Shown here: positions 50,541-60,478 of the stretch, piece by piece
How the letters are laid out: each line of letters opens with the position of its first letter
How positions within the stretch are numbered: the first letter of the stretch is position 1
Source: Myxococcales bacterium
Lineage (GTDB): Bacteria; Myxococcota_A; Polyangia; Nannocystales; Nannocystaceae
Direction: 5' to 3'
NCBI GenBank assembly: GCA_020633295.1
Contig: JACKDW010000006.1
Location: 270,181-334,180 of the forward strand
Length of the DNA stretch: 64,000 bases
Made by a program: the position numbers and the translations under genes
The notes under the pieces: model-generated
Databases searched by the model: none
What the model was told of the DNA's origin: nothing
What the model saw: the letters and a program-made list of their open reading frames with translations, nothing else

Positions 50541-52436
50541 ATGTCTCCCGCACGCAACGGCCACCGATCGCCCGCGTTCCGAGCCCGACGGCCGTGGACC
50601 CTCCTCGGTCTCGCAGCGCTCGCGCTCACGATCACCGCGTCCCCGTCCTGCAAACGGACCCCGGACGACGGGCCGTCGAAATCACCGGACGGCGGCAACG
50701 CCGGAGACGCCAACACCACTGACGCCTGGTCGACCCTTGGGCCGGTTGATGTCGCCCACATTCGCACGCACATGGAGTTCCTCGCCGCCGACGCCCAGGA
50801 GGGTCGCGCGCCGGGGACCGAAGCCGACCAACGCGTCCGCGCGCACGTCGTCGCCGCCATGCGCGAGCTGGGTCTCGAGCCGGCCTTCGACGGCGGCGGC
50901 TACGAGCAGGCCTTTGAGGTCACCGACGGCGTGCGCGTGCGCGCCAAGAAGACCGACATGCTCGCGTCCGGTCGCACCCTCATCGAGCACAACCTCGTGC
51001 CCTGGGGTCACGATACCAGCGAGAGCGGCCCCGTCCTCGGACGCTTCATCTATCTCGGCTACGGCCTCGCGGGTGATGAGCCGTGGACCGGGGACTACGC
51101 CAACCTCAAGGGGCGCACCAACCGAATTGTCGTCGTCCGCGCGGGCGGCCCCGACGACCCCCACCTCGACCCCAGCAAGATCCGCCCGCAGACCAAATTA
51201 ATCACCGCGCGCGAGCACGGGGCCATCGGCTTCGTGCTGTGGGAGCCCGACAACGAGTCGCCCTACCCCAACAACGGGCGCGTCAACGATCTGCAGATCC
51301 CGGCTGTCGCCGTCGGCGCGAGCGGCACCGACGCGATGCTCGAGATCTTCGGCGTCAAGGGCCGCGCCGCCGCCAAGGCCAAGAAGTCCGACGATCCCCA
51401 CTTCGGGATCACCAACGGCACCAAGAGCACGCGACAGGGCGTCATCGACACCCCCGTCGAGCCGATCGTCCTCGGTACCGGCAACGTCAGCGGGATCCTC
51501 CGCGGCAACGGCTCGAGCCCCAAGCGTCTGGTCATCGGGGCGCACATGGACCACCTCGGCATGGGCAACAGCCACTCGCTCGCGCCGGGCGAGCGCGCCG
51601 TCCACAACGGCGCCGACGACAACGCGTCGGGTGTGGCGACCATGCTCGCGCTGGCCAAGACGCTCGCCTCCGTGCCCGCGAGCGAGCGCCCCTACGACAT
51701 CCAGTTCGTCGCGTTCGGGGCCGAGGAGATGGGCCTGCTCGGCTCCAAGCACCTCGTCACCCAGCTCGGCGCCCAGGCCGCCGAGCAGATCGTCGCCATG
51801 CTGAACTTCGACATGGTCGGGCGCATGCGCGACAACACCGTCATCGTCGCCGGCGCGGGCACCTCCTCGGCGTGGGCGGGGCTGCTCGAGAAGTCCGGGG
51901 GCGGGCTCACGGTCAAGACCAACGAGCAGGGCTACGGCGCCTCCGACCAGACCTCCTTTTATGAGGTCGGGATCCCGGTCCTTCACTTCTTTACCGGCGC
52001 CCACGACGACTATCACAAGCCCTCCGACGACCTGGACAAGATCGACTTCGCCGGCGCCGCCCGCATCGGCGACATGGCCGCCCGCGTGGTCGCGGCCATC
52101 ATGTCGCAGTCCCTCCAGCTCGACTACAAGAAGGTCGTCGAGTCCAAGCCGATGCGTTCGGGCTTCCGCGTGTCCCTGGGCACGATCCCCGACTACGCCG
52201 CCCAGGCCGACGGCCTCGCGCTCTCCGGCGTCCGCCCGGGCGGCGCCGCCGAGAAGGCAGGACTGCGCAAGGGCGACGTGATCCAGAAGCTCGGAGAGCG
52301 CGAGATCCACAACATGGACGACTACATGGCCGCCTTCGCCGTGCTCAAGCCCGCGGTCGAGATCGAGGTCGTCGTGCTCCGCGACGGCAAGCAGGTCGCC
52401 CTGAAGATCACCCCGGAAGCGCCACGTCGACGCTAG
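50541..52436 (+). CDS. M28-family aminopeptidase with a PA domain and a C-terminal PDZ domain
   Basis: M28 zinc ligands are present (GAHMDHLG, GADDNASGVATML, FGAEEMGLLGS, GAHDDYH). The C-terminal PDZ is GLALSGVRPGGAAEKAGLRKGDVIQKLGEREI. I prefer the internal ATG at 50541 (signal-like MSPARNGHRSPAFRARRPWTLLGLAALALTITA). The upstream part of the track ORF overlaps fabH. Confidence 0.75.
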   Translation: MSPARNGHRSPAFRARRPWTLLGLAALALTITASPSCKRTPDDGPSKSPDGGNAGDANTTDAWSTLGPVDVAHIRTHMEFLAADAQEGRAPGTEADQRVRAHVVAAMRELGLEPAFDGGGYEQAFEVTDGVRVRAKKTDMLASGRTLIEHNLVPWGHDTSESGPVLGRFIYLGYGLAGDEPWTGDYANLKGRTNRIVVVRAGGPDDPHLDPSKIRPQTKLITAREHGAIGFVLWEPDNESPYPNNGRVNDLQIPAVAVGASGTDAMLEIFGVKGRAAAKAKKSDDPHFGITNGTKSTRQGVIDTPVEPIVLGTGNVSGILRGNGSSPKRLVIGAHMDHLGMGNSHSLAPGERAVHNGADDNASGVATMLALAKTLASVPASERPYDIQFVAFGAEEMGLLGSKHLVTQLGAQAAEQIVAMLNFDMVGRMRDNTVIVAGAGTSSAWAGLLEKSGGGLTVKTNEQGYGASDQTSFYEVGIPVLHFFTGAHDDYHKPSDDLDKIDFAGAARIGDMAARVVAAIMSQSLQLDYKKVVESKPMRSGFRVSLGTIPDYAAQADGLALSGVRPGGAAEKAGLRKGDVIQKLGEREIHNMDDYMAAFAVLKPAVEIEVVVLRDGKQVALKITPEAPRRR

Positions 52437-52577
52437 CTCGGGACACCCCGTCGAAAGCGGCCGGTCGCTCGCGCGACACGGCCGCTTTGAACGTTCGGGC
52501 CCGCTGTCACGGCGCCGTGTCGGGTCGGTTGTCGCAGACTCTGCCGGGAGATCCAGGGATCATCCGCGCGGTTGCAG

Positions 52578-52624
52578 GAATCCACAGGAGCGACCTGCCA
52601 TCCACAGGGAGAACTTGTGGATAA
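52578..52624. promoter_or_regulatory. Second DnaA-box-like cluster: two plus-strand near-boxes and one perfect minus-strand TTATCCACA forming an inverted pair
   Basis: GAATCCACA (52578) and CCATCCACA (52598) lie on the plus strand. TGTGGATAA (52616-52624) is a perfect DnaA box on the minus strand. The extended motif CATCCACAGGGAG is shared with sites at 47011 and 47298. Confidence 0.35.
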
Positions 52625-52995
52625 CTTGTACCTACATCGCGGTACAGGCGCTGGGCGTAGAACTGTCATTAGGACCAGCCAGGGCGGGCTTCTCGGGGGG
52701 TCTGATTGTGACATGCCGCGGAATTCATGTCGCAACAGACCGCTGGTTCCGGCGCGGGGCCATCAGCCTACGCAGACGTCCCGCCTAGCGGCAGGAGACC
52801 CGAACCCAACCTTTCGAAAAAAATCGAATTCCAGATTTCTGAATTTTCTCCGCGCCCGAATTTTGCCTCGAGGCCCACGTCAGCGCGGTTCTCCTGTATC
52901 TTCGTGTTGGTTGTACGCGCATGCACTCGGCTCTGAGCCAGCGCGTCACCCTAAGAATCCGGCGATTCGACCAACACAAGCCAAGGCAGGAAGAC

Positions 52996-54468
52996 ATGAT
53001 GCGTGTACGCACAACGACGCTCCATCTCGGTCTATTCGTGATGATGGGCCAGGTCTTCGGGTGTGGTGACAGCGGCTCGCCGACTTCGACCGACGCCGCC
53101 GGGACGACCGGGAGCACCGAGACCACCGAGAGCGAGGACGAGTCCACCGGAGGCGCGAGCATTAACACCTCGACGTCGAGCGCGGACGAGACCAGCGACA
53201 CGGGCAGCTCCGGCGCGACGACCGAGCCCCACGACACGACCGGCACCACCGGCGAGCCCATGACCACGAGCGACGGGAGCGGGACGAGCGACACCGGCGT
53301 CGGCTCGTGCGGCGACGGGATCAAGGACGAGGGCGAGGAGTGCGACGGCGCCGATCTCGGCGAGTTCACGAGCTGCCAGGCCCTCGACATCGAGCATGAG
53401 ATCGGTCCCGGAGGACAGATCACGTGCAGCCCGAGCTGCGAGCTCGACACGAGCGGCTGCGACATCTGCTACGCGCCGTACAAGAACGAGCCCTGCGACA
53501 ACAACTCCAACGACCGCATGCACGCGCTCGAGCTCAACTGCGCGCTGCTCAACGGCGAGGACTTCAACGAGCTCAACTCGACCTCGCTCGTCAACGGCAG
53601 CCTGAGCTTCCACGCCCCCGACAGCGACTCGTGGCGCGTGATCCGACAGTTCGGCACCGCGATCGACCCCGACACGAACAAGCCCTACTGGAGCGCGCGC
53701 GGCGGCGAGAAGTTCATCGCGCTGAGCACCGGCAACCTCGACGTGCCGGTCGGCGGCGTGCTCGAGATGGCCTCGGGCGCCGCGCAGTCCGGTCAGAACG
53801 GCGAGAACGACAACCCCGACAACCTCGTCGAGCTGCCTGGCGTCATGAACCACCAGCACGGCGGCTTCGACGAGCAGGACCCCGAGGTGCTCTCGCCCTT
53901 CGACAAGTGCGAGCCGGGCCTCGACTGCTCCAACACGCTCGAGGAGCACTGGCTGACGGGCACCGGCAAGGGCCACGACGTCCTGTACTTCGAGTTCCAG
54001 GTGCCTGTGCCCATGGGCACGCACTCCTTCGAGCTCGACTTCGCGTTCTTCTCGGCCGAGTACCCCGAGTGGAACGGCGACGACTTCCTCCCGTTCAGCG
54101 ACATCGCCATCATCTGGGCGCAGAGCGAGGAGTACACCGGCAACATCTCGTTCATCGACGACGGCCAGGGGAACAAGCAGCCGCTCGTGACCCTGTACCT
54201 CAACGAGCGCGGGCTGATCGCGTTCAACGAGGATCACGAGGCGCTCGAGGGCACCGGCTTCGACGGCGTCGGCGGCACGACCGGCTGGCTCAAGGCCCGC
54301 GGCAACGCGATGCCGGGCGAGACGCTGACGCTCGCGTTCTCGGTCATCGACCGCGGCGACAAGCTGATCGACACCGTGCTGCTCCTCGACAACTTCCAGT
54401 GGGGCTGCTCGGCCTGCCCGCAGGGGACCGTCGACATCGACGGCAGCTGCGGGATCACGCTCCAGTAG
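52996..54468 (+). CDS. Lipoprotein with a Myxococcus-type cysteine-rich repeat and a large C-terminal domain
   Basis: An AGGAAG ribosome-binding site precedes the ATG at 52996. The lipobox is LHLGLFVMMGQVFGCG. A Thr/Ser/Asp/Glu-rich linker follows. CGDGIKDEGEECDGADLG matches the myxobacterial Cys-rich repeat (TIGR02232-like pattern CGDGxxxxGEECDDGN). Confidence 0.7.
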   Translation: MMRVRTTTLHLGLFVMMGQVFGCGDSGSPTSTDAAGTTGSTETTESEDESTGGASINTSTSSADETSDTGSSGATTEPHDTTGTTGEPMTTSDGSGTSDTGVGSCGDGIKDEGEECDGADLGEFTSCQALDIEHEIGPGGQITCSPSCELDTSGCDICYAPYKNEPCDNNSNDRMHALELNCALLNGEDFNELNSTSLVNGSLSFHAPDSDSWRVIRQFGTAIDPDTNKPYWSARGGEKFIALSTGNLDVPVGGVLEMASGAAQSGQNGENDNPDNLVELPGVMNHQHGGFDEQDPEVLSPFDKCEPGLDCSNTLEEHWLTGTGKGHDVLYFEFQVPVPMGTHSFELDFAFFSAEYPEWNGDDFLPFSDIAIIWAQSEEYTGNISFIDDGQGNKQPLVTLYLNERGLIAFNEDHEALEGTGFDGVGGTTGWLKARGNAMPGETLTLAFSVIDRGDKLIDTVLLLDNFQWGCSACPQGTVDIDGSCGITLQ

Positions 54469-54788
54469 CCGGCTAGGATCGCGCGCCCGGCGGAACCGGC
54501 TCGCGGACCGACCCGCTCGCGTGTGTCGGTTTAGCCGCGATCGGGGCCCCACGAGCGCGCTTCATCACGCGCGCCGCTGCAGCCCGTCGCGGGCGCGAGC
54601 GTGAGCTCGCGGACACCAGCCCGATCCTCCCCCTGCCCTCCACACCTTCGCGCCAACGCCGTAAATACGACGTTTTTGGCATTTCCGCGCGTTGCGGCCC
54701 GTTGCGTGTCTGGAGCCGGCGCTGGTATATGCACGCCGACCTCAGCAGGTGACCCCGGGAAAGTGGGTCCGGTCGAGAGGGAGTCGGA

Positions 54789-55751
54789 ATGTCACGTCGG
54801 AACAAGATCACGATCGTTGGTGCCGGGAACGTTGGAGCCACGGCGGCTCACTGGGCGGTGCAGAAACACCTCGGAGATGTCGTCCTCGTCGACATCAAGG
54901 AGGGCATGCCCCAGGGCAAGGCGCTCGACCTGGCCGAGGCGTCCCCGGTGATGGGCTTCGACTGCACGCTCACGGGCAGCAACAGCTACGACGCGACCGC
55001 GGGCTCGGACGTCGTCGTCATCACCGCCGGCGTCCCCCGGCGCAAGGACCCCAAGACTGGCAAGTTCACGAGCCGTGACGAGCTCGTCGAGATCAACCGC
55101 AAGATCGTCGGCTCGGTGACCCGCGAGGTCGTCAAGCGCTCGCCCGACGCGGTCCTCATCTGCGTGGCCAACCCGCTCGACGCGATGTGCCACGTCATGT
55201 ACCACGAGTCAGGTTTCCCGAAGGAGCGCGTGATCGGCATGGCCGGCGTGCTCGACACGGCGCGCTACAAGTTCTTCATCTCCGAGGCGCTCGGCGTCAG
55301 CGTCGACGACATCCACGGCATGGTGCTCGGCGGCCACGGCGACACGATGGTGCCGCTGCCGCACCACACCTCGATCGGCGGCATCCCGCTGCCGGAGCTG
55401 CTGCCCAAGGAGAAGATCGACGCGATCATCGAGCGCACGCGCAAGGGCGGCGGCGAGATCGTCGGGCTGCTCGGCTACTCGGGCTACTACGCGCCGGCCG
55501 CCTCGGTCATCGCGATGGTCGAGTCGATCGTCCGCGACCGCAAGCGCGTGCTCCCGGCCGCGTGCATGCTGCAGGGCGAGTACGGCTACAAGGACCTGTT
55601 CATCGGCGTCCCCGCGGTGCTCGGCAAGGGCGGCGTCGAGAAGATCATCGAGATGAAGCTCGGTGACGCGGAGAAGGCGATGCTCGAGGTCTCGGCCGAG
55701 GCCGTCCGCAGCGTCGTCGAGCTCCTGCCCTACGACAAGAGCAGCAACTAG
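54789..55751 (+). CDS. mdh: Malate dehydrogenase (LDH-like family)
   Basis: KITIVGAGNVGATAA is the NAD-binding Rossmann motif. Catalytic motifs include VITAGVPRRKDPKTGKFTSRDELVEIN and GGHGDTMVP. An RBS precedes the ATG at 54789. Confidence 0.93.
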   Translation: MSRRNKITIVGAGNVGATAAHWAVQKHLGDVVLVDIKEGMPQGKALDLAEASPVMGFDCTLTGSNSYDATAGSDVVVITAGVPRRKDPKTGKFTSRDELVEINRKIVGSVTREVVKRSPDAVLICVANPLDAMCHVMYHESGFPKERVIGMAGVLDTARYKFFISEALGVSVDDIHGMVLGGHGDTMVPLPHHTSIGGIPLPELLPKEKIDAIIERTRKGGGEIVGLLGYSGYYAPAASVIAMVESIVRDRKRVLPAACMLQGEYGYKDLFIGVPAVLGKGGVEKIIEMKLGDAEKAMLEVSAEAVRSVVELLPYDKSSN

Positions 55752-55854
55752 CGATTAGGGTCCGCGCGGGCGCCGACGCGTCGGCGCCCGCGCGGCGCAA
55801 TTACAACAACAGGACAGCTGGAGACGATCCCGTGATCATCGGAGGGAGCCCCGA

Positions 55855-57054
55855 ATGAAGATCCACGAGTACCAGGGCAAGGACCTTCTGCGGGCAGAGG
55901 GAGTGCCCGTTCCCCTTTCACACGTCGCGTTCACGGCCGAGGAGGCCAAGGACGCGGCGGCCAAGCTCATCGACGAGACCGGCAGCGAGATCGTCGTCGT
56001 CAAGGCGCAGATCCACGCCGGCGGCCGCGGCAAGGGCCGGTTCAAGGAGTACCCCGAGCTCGGCGGCGTCAAGGTCGTCAAGGGCGCGACGGCGGCCAAG
56101 GACGTCGCGACCAAGATGCTCGGCAGCACCCTCGTGACCATTCAGACAGGTCCTGAGGGCAAGAAGGTCCAGCGCGTGCTCGTCGAGCAGGGCATGGACA
56201 TCAAGCAGGAGCTCTACCTCGGGATCACGCTCGACCGCGCGACCGGCCGCAACACCGTGATGGCCTCGACCGAGGGCGGCATGGAGATCGAGGAGGTCGC
56301 GGCCCACACGCCCGAGAAGATCCTCAAGGAGGCGATCGACCCCGCCGTCGGCCTCGCCGGCTTCCAGGCGCGCAAGCTCGCCTACGGCCTCGGCCTCGAG
56401 GGCAAGGTCGCGCGCAAGGCCGCGGCGTTCCTCGGCAAGCTCGCAGGCGCCTACGAGCGGCTCGACTGCTCGCTGCTCGAGATCAACCCGCTCGTCATCA
56501 CCGGCAGCGGCGACGTGCTCGCGCTCGACGCCAAGGCGAACTTCGACGACAACGCGCTGCACCGGCACCCGCACATCGAGGCGCTGCGCGACCCCGGCGA
56601 GGAGGACGCCGCCGAGCTCGAGGCCAAGAAGCACGACCTGAGCTACGTCAACCTCGACGGCAACATCGGCTGCATGGTCAACGGCGCGGGCCTGGCCATG
56701 GCGACGATGGACATCATCAAGCACTTCGGCGCCGAGCCGGCGAACTTCCTCGACGTCGGCGGCGGCGCGACGGTCGAGCGCGTCACGGCGGCGTTCAAGA
56801 TCATCACGTCCGACCCGCGGCTCGAGGGCATCCTCGTCAACATCTTCGGCGGGATCATGAAGTGCGACACCATCGCGCAGGGCGTGATCGCGGCGGTCAA
56901 GGAGGTCGGCCTCACGGTGCCGCTCGTGGTTCGCCTCGAGGGGACGAACGTGGCCCAGGGCAAGAAGCTGCTCGAGGAGAGCGGCCTCAACCTGACGACG
57001 GGGTCGAGCCTGCGCGACGCCGCGTCCAAGATCGTGGAGCTGGTGAACAAATGA
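55855..57054 (+). CDS. sucC: Succinyl-CoA synthetase beta subunit
   Basis: [13 protein letters not shown]... opens the ATP-grasp domain. The CoA-ligase region [17 protein letters not shown] is present. A GGAGGGAG ribosome-binding site precedes the start. Confidence 0.93.
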   Translation: MKIHEYQGKDLLRAEGVPVPLSHVAFTAEEAKDAAAKLIDETGSEIVVVKAQIHAGGRGKGRFKEYPELGGVKVVKGATAAKDVATKMLGSTLVTIQTGPEGKKVQRVLVEQGMDIKQELYLGITLDRATGRNTVMASTEGGMEIEEVAAHTPEKILKEAIDPAVGLAGFQARKLAYGLGLEGKVARKAAAFLGKLAGAYERLDCSLLEINPLVITGSGDVLALDAKANFDDNALHRHPHIEALRDPGEEDAAELEAKKHDLSYVNLDGNIGCMVNGAGLAMATMDIIKHFGAEPANFLDVGGGATVERVTAAFKIITSDPRLEGILVNIFGGIMKCDTIAQGVIAAVKEVGLTVPLVVRLEGTNVAQGKKLLEESGLNLTTGSSLRDAASKIVELVNK

Positions 57055-57932
57055 GCGTACTCGTCGACAAGAACACCCGCCTGATCGTCCAGGGCATCAC
57101 CGGCAAGGTCGGGATGTTCCACGCCCAGAAGTCGCTGGAGTACGGCACCCAGGTCGTCGGCGGCGTCACGCCGGGCAAGGGCGGCGACAAGGTCCTCGAC
57201 CTGCCCGTGTTCGACACCGTGGCGGAGGCGATCGAGAAGACCGGCGCCAACGCGACCGTGATCTTCGTGCCCCCGCCGTTCGCCGCCGACGCGATCATGG
57301 AGGCCGCCGCCGCCGGCGTCCCGCTGATCGTGACGATCACCGAGGGCATCCCGGTCGCCGACATGATCCGGGCCAAGCGCTTCATTCAGGACAAGCCCGT
57401 GCGCCTGCTCGGGCCCAACTGCCCCGGCGTCATCACGCCCGACCAGTGCCGCATCGGCATCATGCCCGGCTACATCCACAAGCCGGGCAAGGTCGGCGTG
57501 ATCTCGCGCTCCGGCACCCTCACCTACGAGGCCGTGCACCAGCTGACGACGCTCGGGCTCGGGCAGACGACCGCCATCGGCATCGGCGGCGACCCGGTCA
57601 ACGGCACGAACTTCGTCGACTGCCTCCAGCTGTTCAACGAGGACCCCGACACCGAGGGCATCGTCATGATCGGCGAGATCGGCGGCAGCGCCGAGGAGGA
57701 GGGCGCCGCTTTCATCAAGGAGCACGTCAAGAAGCCGGTCGTCGGCTTCATCGCCGGTCGCACGGCGCCGCCCGGGAAGCGCATGGGTCACGCCGGCGCG
57801 ATCATCTCCGGCGGCAAGGGCACCGCAGAGGCGAAGCTCGAGGCGCTCCGCGACGCCGGCGTGCACATCGCCGAGACGCCCTCGGACCTCGGCAGCACGA
57901 TGGCGGCGGCGCTCAACAAGGCCGCCAGCTGA
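57051..57932 (+). CDS. sucD: Succinyl-CoA synthetase alpha subunit
   Basis: The ATG overlaps the sucC stop as ATGA. Motifs are [12 protein letters not shown] and the phospho-His region [14 protein letters not shown]. Confidence 0.93.
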   Translation: MSVLVDKNTRLIVQGITGKVGMFHAQKSLEYGTQVVGGVTPGKGGDKVLDLPVFDTVAEAIEKTGANATVIFVPPPFAADAIMEAAAAGVPLIVTITEGIPVADMIRAKRFIQDKPVRLLGPNCPGVITPDQCRIGIMPGYIHKPGKVGVISRSGTLTYEAVHQLTTLGLGQTTAIGIGGDPVNGTNFVDCLQLFNEDPDTEGIVMIGEIGGSAEEEGAAFIKEHVKKPVVGFIAGRTAPPGKRMGHAGAIISGGKGTAEAKLEALRDAGVHIAETPSDLGSTMAAALNKAAS

Positions 57933-57960
57933 CGACGCCCGCGCGACGCGTACGGTGAAC

Positions 57961-57988
57961 GAGGCCAGGGACCGTGGTCCCTGGCCTC
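57961..57988. terminator. 28-nt near-perfect palindrome immediately 3' of sucD (terminator-like hairpin without a U-tract)
   Basis: gaggccagggacc-gt-ggtccctggcctc forms a 13-bp GC-rich stem with a 2-nt loop, 29 nt after the sucD stop. Confidence 0.5.
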
Positions 57989-58010
57989 ACGCGTTGGTTC
58001 ACACGTTGTG

Positions 58011-58070
58011 GTTCGATCGTCGGTTCGATCGTCGGTTCGATCGTTGGATCGATCGTTGGATCGCTGGCTC
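58011..58070. repeat. Tandem 12-bp repeat, about 5 units of GTTCGATCGTCG, degenerating in the 3' units
   Basis: The units read gttcgatcgtcg / gttcgatcgtcg / gttcgatcgttg / gatcgatcgttg / gatcgctggctc. Each unit contains the palindrome TCGATCG. The repeat is intergenic. Confidence 0.75.
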
Positions 58071-58404
58071 AATTGCACCGCGACCGATCTCCGTGATGAC
58101 CACCGCGAAAATTTTGTCGTCTACGGGGCTCTACGACCGAATTTCGACCATCCGCGCGCCCGTTCCGAACATGCTGTGAACTAATCCACAACCTCGGCGA
58201 ACATGATGCCTGTTCGGCCAGGTCTTGATTCTGCGTCGACGCGGCGCGTGCGAGACGTTCGGCGCGAGATACCGTTCAGTTGAGCAGGTATCCGCGAACT
58301 TCACGCGTTTCGGGCGACGCTCGCGGCGCCCGACGAGCGTGACGTGCGCGCGTCGGCACCTGCTGACCTTCGCATCCCCATGCACATACACTAGGGTGCG
58401 GCCA

Positions 58405-59556
58405 ATGCAGGGAACGAGTATTCGCGCCCACACGGTCCGCTGGACGCTCGCGCTCGCGTCCGCCTCGACGCTCGCGCTCCCCGGCTGCTACGGGATGCAC
58501 AACGACCAGTCGACGATGGGCGGCTTGAGTCTCGCGGACTCCTCGAACGACGATGATGATGACGACGACGTCGAGGAGACGACGGACACCGACGGGACGA
58601 CGGGCGAGGACAGCGCGGACGCCGGTGATCCTTCCGGCGATCCCGACGCCAGCGAGAGCGACGGCGAGACCTCGACCACCGGCGCGTCGCCGATCTGCGG
58701 CAACGGCGTGCAGGAGGGCGACGAGGCCTGCGACGACGGCAACGGCGACAACACCGACGACTGCCTCAACACCTGCACGCTGGCGAGCTGCGGCGACGGG
58801 CACGTGCGCGCGGGCGTCGAGGACTGCGACGACGGCGACAACGACGATACCGACGACTGCACGAGCGCGTGCGTCGAGGCGAGCTGCGGCGACGGCTTCG
58901 TGCGCGAGGGCGTCGAGGCCTGCGACGACGGCAACGCCGACAACACCGACGACTGCCTCAACACCTGCGTCAAGGCGACCTGCGGCGACGGCTTCCTGAA
59001 CACGAACAGCGGCGAGGTCTGCGACGACGGCGTCAACGACAGCGGCTACGGCTCGTGCAAGTTCGACTGCTCCCAGAAGATGGCGCACTGCGGCGACAAG
59101 CTCGTGCAGAAGGAGCACGGCGAGATGTGCGACGGGGACTCGCCGTCGGTCGAGGTCCCCTGCACCTCCGACTGCACCTTCGACTTCTCCGACGTGAAGC
59201 AGCTGTACTGCTTCGGCAGCTGCTCGTGGGTCTGGCCCAACGGCTGCGACCAGGGCGACGCCGACCTGTTCTGCCGCCTGCTCACGGGTAACCCCGACAG
59301 CGTGGCCACGAGCTACGACGTCGTGGAGGCGCTCGACACCAGCGGCCTCGCGTGCGCGGACTCGGACGTGCTCATCTACGACCCGATGTTCCCGCCCAAG
59401 CCCGGCGACCCGGCCGAGGAGGCGCGCATCGACCTCGGCGGCCCGCTCGAGGCCTACGGCGTCGACCTGGAGCAGATCTTCTACATCGAGCTCAGCGTCG
59501 CGGCGACGCACGGACCGAACTCGGTCATCCTGCCGCCGAACTGCACGAACCCGTGA
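58405..59556 (+). CDS. Lipoprotein with four tandem Myxococcus-type cysteine-rich repeats
   Basis: The internal ATG at 58405 gives the lipobox signal [32 protein letters not shown]8 acidic stretch follows. There are four repeats of [27 protein letters not shown] / [24 protein letters not shown]…, matching the TIGR02232-like pattern. Confidence 0.75.
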   Translation: MQGTSIRAHTVRWTLALASASTLALPGCYGMHNDQSTMGGLSLADSSNDDDDDDDVEETTDTDGTTGEDSADAGDPSGDPDASESDGETSTTGASPICGNGVQEGDEACDDGNGDNTDDCLNTCTLASCGDGHVRAGVEDCDDGDNDDTDDCTSACVEASCGDGFVREGVEACDDGNADNTDDCLNTCVKATCGDGFLNTNSGEVCDDGVNDSGYGSCKFDCSQKMAHCGDKLVQKEHGEMCDGDSPSVEVPCTSDCTFDFSDVKQLYCFGSCSWVWPNGCDQGDADLFCRLLTGNPDSVATSYDVVEALDTSGLACADSDVLIYDPMFPPKPGDPAEEARIDLGGPLEAYGVDLEQIFYIELSVAATHGPNSVILPPNCTNP

Positions 59557-59757
59557 CGCGATCGGGCGCCCGCGCGCGCCCCCACGCGTCCACGCGCAAC
59601 CGCGCGCGGCCCCGCGTGAATTCGCGCCGCGTCACGGGCGTGATCGAGATCTCTGGAACGCGGCCTGGCGGCGAAGTCTCAATGGATAACTGGCGCCGCG
59701 CGGCCTGACCGGGATAGGGTAAGTCCGCCGCGGTACCAACCGCAGCAGGAGTTGCAC

Positions 59758-60426
59758 ATGTCACGCAGGGTTCGCCGCCGTACACAACGCCGTTCTCCAG
59801 TCCGCAAGGCGCTCCAGATCGTCACCGCGGCCGCGACGCTCCTCGGCACCTACGCCTACTCCCAGGACGCCGAGGCCGCAGTACCGCGGATTCTCCGCGA
59901 AGGGACCCGGGCGCTCTACTTCAACTTTGGCGCCGGCGGCGATTGGCACATCTACCACCGGTACTACGCCGACTACCCGGGTCGCTACTACAACTGGAGT
60001 CGCTTTCGCCTCCACCAGGAGTTCGGCGGCCACTTCCGCGGCGACGCGTCAGGCCCCGCGCTGGCGATCGTCACGCAGGAGGGCTTCCCGCGCTACCGCG
60101 GCTACTACGGCTACGGCGGCGGCGACTTCGCGTTCCAGGTCAAGGGCAAGTTCCTCTGGGACATCCAGGTCAAGAAGGGGCTCGGCTTCTACATCTCGCC
60201 CTTCGGCACGGTCGGCTGGGCGGGCTGGTTCGGCGACGCCTACTGGGCCCGCACCTACGGCTACCGCCACAGCGCGACGACGTCCGTCGGCGTGACCGCG
60301 AAGCTGATGCTCGATGATCGCTGGGTCGTCTGGCTGCAGGTCCCGACCGTCGAGTTCTTCTTCAATAGCCGCGACTGGTACGCGCGCTTCGGCTTCTTCA
60401 CGGGCGTCGGCGTCACCTTCGGATAA
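59758..60426 (+). CDS. Small secreted beta-rich protein, possibly an outer-membrane beta-barrel
   Basis: An AGGAG ribosome-binding site lies 7 nt before the ATG at 59758. The signal peptide is …ALQIVTAAATLLGTYAYSQDAEA. Alternating aromatic/Gly-rich strands end in GVGVTFG. Confidence 0.5.
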   Translation: MSRRVRRRTQRRSPVRKALQIVTAAATLLGTYAYSQDAEAAVPRILREGTRALYFNFGAGGDWHIYHRYYADYPGRYYNWSRFRLHQEFGGHFRGDASGPALAIVTQEGFPRYRGYYGYGGGDFAFQVKGKFLWDIQVKKGLGFYISPFGTVGWAGWFGDAYWARTYGYRHSATTSVGVTAKLMLDDRWVVWLQVPTVEFFFNSRDWYARFGFFTGVGVTFG

Positions 60427-60478
60427 CGGGCGCCGCCCGTCAGCCCCCGAGCCGCGATCGTGTACGCTGTCGCGGCTC

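Noticed and set aside
58008-58070. GGTTCGATC strings that resemble a tRNA T-arm
   Set aside because: They are part of a 12-bp tandem repeat. No acceptor or anticodon stem can be formed. I found no tRNA or rRNA genes anywhere in the window.
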